64,000 nucleotides of DNA from a virus. The stretch lies in UHGV virus genome UHGV-1455077; one strand, 5' to 3'. The notes beneath the pieces were generated by a model. The model was not told the origin of the DNA, made no database searches, and was given only the letters and a program-made list of their open reading frames with translations. Positions 58,943 to 64,000 of the stretch are shown here, in pieces. Position numbers and translations under genes: made by a program. Numbering within the stretch: position 1 is the first letter of the stretch; the number at the start of each line of letters is the position of its first letter.

Positions 58943-60728
58943 TATTATTTCCATAATATCCATTTAATATTGCTTGTACGCCTTCTTTGGAAATTGATTG
59001 ACCGTCATAGTTTGATATTTTTTGTTTAATGCTTTCATCTGTTCCTGTAACTTTTGTATCATTAAAACGTGATAATAAATGACGACATAAGTTAATAAAT
59101 TTTGGTTTATTTTTATAAAAATTAAAATAAAAATATTCAGTTTTTTGTCCTTGTTTAAAGCATTTTAACATAAATTCATATGATGCTGGGTCACAACTGA
59201 ATAATATAGCATCAGATGACATAATATATTTAATATCTTCTTGTATTTCTGTTAATTTATTTTCTGTTAGAACATTCTTTTTTAATAAGAAGTATTCAAT
59301 AACAATTTTATTATTAAACATATCAATAGTATCTTGTTCCATATGTATTTTAGGAAAATAAGTTTTTAATATTGAATTATTATCTAATTTTTTTGCTTGT
59401 TCTATAAACCATTTTTTGTCATCATCAGTATAACCATCATTTTTTTTAAAATTATAATCTTGAAAATATACATTTCCATTATATGCAAATAAATGTTTGG
59501 TATTTCTAACATCATATTCTTCTTCAACTTGATGATGAAGTAATGGAGTATCGGCTGACCATATAGCAATTCCTGTATTTGATAATAAAATACGATACCA
59601 TTTATTTCTTTTTACTAAATCATTAAATTCTTTTTTTGTGGGATTTAATAATACTTCAATATCATCAATATAATCATAATCTTCCATAATGTTACTTGAA
59701 TTATCAACCATTCTTTGAGGTAATTGGTCTTTTGTATTTAATCCAACTCCTCTTATATCATATTTTTTAAATTGAATATTTTTAAATAATGGAACTTGTT
59801 GCATTTTTTTAAGTTCATCTGGAGCATTATAATAAGATGGAGCTAATTCATTATTTCTAAAAATAACATATTGATTATCATCTAATTTTCCAATAAAAGC
59901 ATATTTATATCCATCAGAACGAGAAAAGGATTTATAATCAGTTTCATCAATTACTTTAAACATTGCACAATTTTTATCCAGATATTCATAAATTTCTTTA
60001 TCAACAATTGGATATGACAAATGCTCTTTTCCATATAATTTCATTTTTTCAATTAAATCTGCGTGAATAACATTATATGCATCGCCAAAAATATAAATTT
60101 TATGTTTTAAATCATATATTCCACGAACAGGGTTTTTGGTTAATAATGTTGAAATCATTTGTTTAGCTTCAGATTCAGAAGATGTATAATAAAGAATAGG
60201 ATTTTCTGAATAATCTTTAACAAAAGATTCATATATGTTATTACTATTGGGATTCCAATCACCATTATTATCAATTGATTTAATTTGATTTGGCTCAAAT
60301 ACAATTATTTCACTTACAAAATCCATACCATTTTCAGGAAATCCAACAATAATACCATCATAATCTTTTAATAATTCTTTATTTCTAAAATAAACAGCTT
60401 TTTCTAATTCTTCTGGCATATCTCTATTAAACCAAAGAGGATTTTCCATTTTTAAATAAACAGATTTTAATTTAGAACCATAAGATTTTCCAACACTATA
60501 ATTAGGAGTAAAATAAATTCCAGCACCAAAATGACCATTTATTGATTTATTAAAAGAATTAAATTTGTTATTTGTTCCGTGATAGCAAATTAATGGATTG
60601 CCATTTTCATCTACGATTTTAGAATTGCCAAACCATTTCCAAAAATTATCATTTAAATTATTATTTAAATCATTTTTAGATTCTTTAACAAGTTCTTTAA
60701 TTAAATTATTATATTTGCCACGATACAT
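58923..60728 (-). CDS. hypothetical protein (601 aa) with possible H-Y-E ADP-ribosyltransferase/PARP-like N-terminal domain
   Basis: ICYHGTNNKF...GAGIYFT...SVGKSYG...EIIVFEP resembles PARP/DT-type HGS...GIYFA...Y...E(Y)IVY pattern. Confidence 0.3.
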   Translation of the reverse strand: MYRGKYNNLIKELVKESKNDLNNNLNDNFWKWFGNSKIVDENGNPLICYHGTNNKFNSFNKSINGHFGAGIYFTPNYSVGKSYGSKLKSVYLKMENPLWFNRDMPEELEKAVYFRNKELLKDYDGIIVGFPENGMDFVSEIIVFEPNQIKSIDNNGDWNPNSNNIYESFVKDYSENPILYYTSSESEAKQMISTLLTKNPVRGIYDLKHKIYIFGDAYNVIHADLIEKMKLYGKEHLSYPIVDKEIYEYLDKNCAMFKVIDETDYKSFSRSDGYKYAFIGKLDDNQYVIFRNNELAPSYYNAPDELKKMQQVPLFKNIQFKKYDIRGVGLNTKDQLPQRMVDNSSNIMEDYDYIDDIEVLLNPTKKEFNDLVKRNKWYRILLSNTGIAIWSADTPLLHHQVEEEYDVRNTKHLFAYNGNVYFQDYNFKKNDGYTDDDKKWFIEQAKKLDNNSILKTYFPKIHMEQDTIDMFNNKIVIEYFLLKKNVLTENKLTEIQEDIKYIMSSDAILFSCDPASYEFMLKCFKQGQKTEYFYFNFYKNKPKFINLCRHLLSRFNDTKVTGTDESIKQKISNYDGQSISKEGVQAILNGYYGNNIKGIFL

Positions 60729-60737
60729 TCATAATCC

Positions 60738-61307
60738 TTAATAACATAACATAATTTTTTCAACATTTCCTAAGACTGATAAAGACATTCTTCTATCATA
60801 TGCTTGAGTATAATTTGGTGTCCAATTTTCATAATATGCTGGGTCATATTGTGGATTTAAATTTGATGTTGGGTAAGGTGCGTGTGTATATGTTGCATCA
60901 TCAACTTTTGAACTCATAATATATGTTTTAGATTTTATATCAAATGGTGCAAATGGAGAACGAACCAATGGCAGATAACTTCTATCTAATTTTGCTCTTA
61001 ACCAAACATATGAACCATTAATATTATAATAATCAGCTTGTCTTTTAACAAGTATTGGATTATAATTAGAATATTCAATGTATGGAGTTTCATTAGTTAA
61101 AGGAATAATAAACCAATCCAAATCTTCTTTAGGTTCATTTTTTAATGAACCTTCTAACCAAATTCTACCAGTAAAATTTGTTGTATGAATGACGATAGTA
61201 TTACTTCTTTTATTGGTTTTATGTAAATTGTATGCAACTGCTTTAACAGCTTTACCAACAAAATCTGTTTTACCACTCATATTATCTAATAAAACTTGTG
61301 TTTGCAT
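60738..61307 (-). CDS. hypothetical protein (189 aa), Tyr/Pro-rich
   Basis: ORF. Confidence 0.45.
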   Translation of the reverse strand: MQTQVLLDNMSGKTDFVGKAVKAVAYNLHKTNKRSNTIVIHTTNFTGRIWLEGSLKNEPKEDLDWFIIPLTNETPYIEYSNYNPILVKRQADYYNINGSYVWLRAKLDRSYLPLVRSPFAPFDIKSKTYIMSSKVDDATYTHAPYPTSNLNPQYDPAYYENWTPNYTQAYDRRMSLSVLGNVEKIMLCY

Positions 61308-63019
61308 TATAATATTACTCCTGAAATTCTTAAAACTTCTTCAATTTCATCATTTTCTTCATCATCATCTTCTTCAATAAATTTATTATATTCTGGTATT
61401 GACATAAAAATATCTAAAATGTCACCTGCATCTTCTTTTGACCATTCTGTTCCATATTGAGAAAAATCAATATTATTGATTGAAATATCTCCTTCTTCTT
61501 CATCAATGTAAAGATTTAAATCATCATAAACTTCATTTAATGATTTTTGACCATTATTTGTATATTCACGATAAAATTGTTCGACACTATGGCAATCATA
61601 TAATGTATATATGAAGTTATATTCATAATCAGTATATTTGGAACGTGATGGTGGTGTCCAGCCGAACTTACGTAATTGGTCATAAACATATTCATCAATA
61701 ACTTGATTAAATGTAGATTTTGAAATTTTTTTATAAATTAATTCTTCCCATTTATTATCTTTAGATGAAAACCATTTTTCAAGATTTTTATCATTATATT
61801 TTGAATCATTTGTATTAAATAAAGTATTTAAAAATTTTTCAAAATCAATATCATCAGATGATAAACTATTTTCTTTAAGATAAAATTTATATAATGTTTT
61901 TAATTGTGTATCTTCCCAATTTACATCTTCAACAAAACTTATATCTTGAATAGCTTTTTTGTAAAATTTAGAAACGTTATAACCACTCGGATAATCTAAA
62001 TAACCATTCATTGCCATTTCTTTATAATCATTAATATCAGTTAAATAGTTGTGTCTTAATAGTGTTGAATAAGAAATCTGTAAAGCAATTTCTCCAACAT
62101 CTGTACGTGTTAAATCATATTCATATGCAATATCATTTTCTCTGTCTTCATCCCATTCATCGTCTTCTGAAGGGTCTTCAAGATTTTTATATGAATTAGT
62201 TACATCTTCTTGGGTTAAAAAGAAATCTAATAATTCTGGATTTTCGTGTACAAATTCTCTAAATTTAACAGAATCATTATTGGCATCTCTAAATTCACGG
62301 TCTCTGCCTTGATATTCATCAGGGACAAATAATTGCAATTTTTCTTTTTGATTATCTTTATTAATAATAACATATAAAGTTCCATCAGCAGTATAATTAT
62401 CATAATATAAACAATTATCACCGCCAGTACACCAAGATGCTCCTCGTCTTAATGCTTTAGAACCTTCATAAGTATGAGGTGTCCAAACTTCCCAATTATC
62501 TCCATTAAATAATAACTCAACAGCACCGTCCATATACATACCAGGTTTTTTTTCACCTTGTAATTCTTTTTGGTTTCTTTTAGCATCTTTATTTTTTTGA
62601 TTAACAGTTAGATTGTCTTTGGCAGTTGATAATGCATTTTTTAATTCATCAATTGTTTTATAACTGTTAATATCATTGCTAGGTAATAAATTTTTTCTAT
62701 TTTTTGCTTGGGTAAATGCTTTAAGATATTGTTGCATTTTTTCTGGAGATATATTTTTTAATTCTCCAATTTTATTCATTTTTAATAACCAACGACTATA
62801 ATTTTCAGGTGTTGAAGCTAAGACATCATTAGATAAATTTTGGATATTTCCTAAAACAGGGTCAAATGAAATTAAATATTTAAATTCTTCATCAGATAAA
62901 TTTGAAGCATTTTTTTGACGGACATCTAAAAGGGATTCATTTAATATTGAACTAAAATGAATATTATTAATATTAACTTTTTTTCCTAAATGTATTTTAT
63001 TAAAATATGAAAGTTTCAT
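61307..63019 (-). CDS. hypothetical protein (570 aa), paralog of 36315..38117; follows gp25-like gene (possible baseplate module)
   Basis: Shared SWCT-containing domain with 36315 gene; acidic C-terminus. Confidence 0.5.
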   Translation of the reverse strand: MKLSYFNKIHLGKKVNINNIHFSSILNESLLDVRQKNASNLSDEEFKYLISFDPVLGNIQNLSNDVLASTPENYSRWLLKMNKIGELKNISPEKMQQYLKAFTQAKNRKNLLPSNDINSYKTIDELKNALSTAKDNLTVNQKNKDAKRNQKELQGEKKPGMYMDGAVELLFNGDNWEVWTPHTYEGSKALRRGASWCTGGDNCLYYDNYTADGTLYVIINKDNQKEKLQLFVPDEYQGRDREFRDANNDSVKFREFVHENPELLDFFLTQEDVTNSYKNLEDPSEDDEWDEDRENDIAYEYDLTRTDVGEIALQISYSTLLRHNYLTDINDYKEMAMNGYLDYPSGYNVSKFYKKAIQDISFVEDVNWEDTQLKTLYKFYLKENSLSSDDIDFEKFLNTLFNTNDSKYNDKNLEKWFSSKDNKWEELIYKKISKSTFNQVIDEYVYDQLRKFGWTPPSRSKYTDYEYNFIYTLYDCHSVEQFYREYTNNGQKSLNEVYDDLNLYIDEEEGDISINNIDFSQYGTEWSKEDAGDILDIFMSIPEYNKFIEEDDDEENDEIEEVLRISGVIL

Positions 63020-63408
63020 TAATTTTCTCCTAATGGATAAACACCAGTTGATGGATTATTAAATTTTTCTAAAGTTATATCTAAATTCCAACTTTCAGGC
63101 AATCCATCTAAATAACTAACTGTACAATCAAACACCCACCCTTTTTCCATATCAATTGGGTTAATATCCAATAAAGTAAAACGAGGTTCTTCTTGAAAGG
63201 TTTCAATTAGTTCATCTTGAATATCATTTCTTACTTGTATTGTTTTTGGTTGAAATAAACGATTACGAATTGTTGTACCAAAATTTGGATTCCAATCGCA
63301 TTCACCTTTGGTTGTATAAATTCTAATTAATAAATCGTGTTTAGCTAATTCTTTATCAATCAAAATTTCCCATTCATCATTTATTGTTGTATAACCTGTA
63401 ATTGTCAT
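63019..63408 (-). CDS. baseplate wedge protein, gp25/GPW-like (129 aa)
   Basis: TTKGECDWNPNFGTTIRNRLFQP matches T4 gp25 TRKGSRPFDPEFGCDLSDQLFEN; size about 130 aa. Confidence 0.6.
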   Translation of the reverse strand: MTITGYTTINDEWEILIDKELAKHDLLIRIYTTKGECDWNPNFGTTIRNRLFQPKTIQVRNDIQDELIETFQEEPRFTLLDINPIDMEKGWVFDCTVSYLDGLPESWNLDITLEKFNNPSTGVYPLGEN

Positions 63409-63434
63409 AAAAAATCCTTATATAAAGATATTTA

Positions 63435-63463
63435 TTGACAAACTTATTGTTTAATGGTAATGT
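63435..63463 (+). promoter_or_regulatory. sigma70-like early promoter TTGACA-N17-TAATGT upstream of gp47-like gene
   Basis: Exact -35 hexamer, 17-nt spacer, good -10; 27 nt upstream of ATG. Confidence 0.45.
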
Positions 63464-63489
63464 TTTTCATATTAAAATAGAGGTAAAAT

Positions 63490-64000
63490 ATGAAATATAT
63501 AATTTTTACAGATATTCATTTTGGAAATAAAGGAAATAAAGATGACTTTAATAAAGAATGTTTAGATTTTCTTAATTTTGTTGAAGAAAAAACATCTAAA
63601 ATGAATGATATTGATGGAGCAATATTTTTAGGAGATTGGTTTCATAACCGAAATTCTATAAATGTTAAAACATTAAAATATGGTATTGAAGGTTTATATA
63701 AATTCGGTAGTATTGGACGTGGTAATTCATATTTAATTTTAGGAAATCACGATTTATATTATATAGATAGGAGAGATGTTAGCAGTATATTTGTTCCAGA
63801 AGGAGAAATAGGAGTTAATATTGTTGAAGAACCTATATATATGGAAAATGAAAAATTTTTATTTTTGCCGTGGTTAATTAATGAAGAAAAATTAGAAAAT
63901 TACATTAAAAAATATAATCCTGAATATGTATTTGGTCACTTTGAAATTCCATCATTTTCTTTTAATAAATTGATTAAAAAAGAAGGCGAATATAATCCAG
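63490..64000 (+). CDS. recombination/repair nuclease subunit gp47 (Mre11/SbcD-like), 5' part (truncated by window end)
   Basis: Calcineurin-like phosphoesterase motifs IIFTDIHFG, GDWFHNR, LGNHD; colinear with T4 gp47 N-terminus. Confidence 0.8.
   Translation, partial: MKYIIFTDIHFGNKGNKDDFNKECLDFLNFVEEKTSKMNDIDGAIFLGDWFHNRNSINVKTLKYGIEGLYKFGSIGRGNSYLILGNHDLYYIDRRDVSSIFVPEGEIGVNIVEEPIYMENEKFLFLPWLINEEKLENYIKKYNPEYVFGHFEIPSFSFNKLIKKEGEYNP

Noticed and set aside
1-64000. Search for tRNA genes, rRNA, integrase/transposase, prophage att sites
   Set aside because: No intergenic gap is large or GC-rich enough for a tRNA. No recombinase or transposase motifs were seen in any ORF. The window appears to be lytic-phage core and accessory DNA only.

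Overview
This window is a densely coded, very AT-rich segment of a T4-like (Tevenvirinae-style) myovirus genome. No rRNA, tRNA, CRISPR array, integrase or transposase was found.

Recognisable T4-type genes:
- Family-B DNA polymerase (gp43-like) next to a probable gp45-like sliding clamp.
- RNase H/FEN.
- Tail sheath next to the large terminase subunit (TerL).
- gp25-like baseplate wedge.
- gp47 Mre11/SbcD nuclease, cut off at the window end.
- SF2 DECH helicase.
- NrdD/NrdG anaerobic ribonucleotide reductase.
- NAD-dependent DNA ligase.
- A free-standing GIY-YIG homing endonuclease.

Auxiliary genes present:
- RtcB RNA ligase.
- Serine hydroxymethyltransferase.
- ThyX flavin-dependent thymidylate synthase.
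- Nudix hydrolase.
- HAD phosphatase.
- DHH phosphoesterase.
- HslV-like Ntn protease.

Most noteworthy observations:
1. The large terminase gene is split into two ORFs about 5.9 kb apart. The N half ends in a 29-aa intein fragment and the C half begins with a 109-aa intein fragment. This is the short-N, long-C geometry of AceL-TerL-type atypical split inteins.
2. A tight operon of three radical-SAM/SPASM enzymes surrounds a protein with a Cys-Gln-repeat C-terminal tail. This may be a phage RiPP-like or thioether-crosslinking system.
3. Three single-gene insertions encode paralogous ~125-138 aa proteins on the strand opposite to their neighbours. Each is preceded by a perfect 29-nt palindrome (14+1+14) with a conserved core TATTTA-N-TAAATA and variable, compensatory outer arms.

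The window also contains early (TTGACA-N16/17-TAnnnT) and T4-late (TATAAATA) promoter-like motifs and many bidirectional hairpin terminators.

The host is probably an AT-rich, possibly microaerophilic or anaerobic Gram-negative bacterium. The gene content resembles Campylobacter Eucampyvirinae, but that is an inference only.
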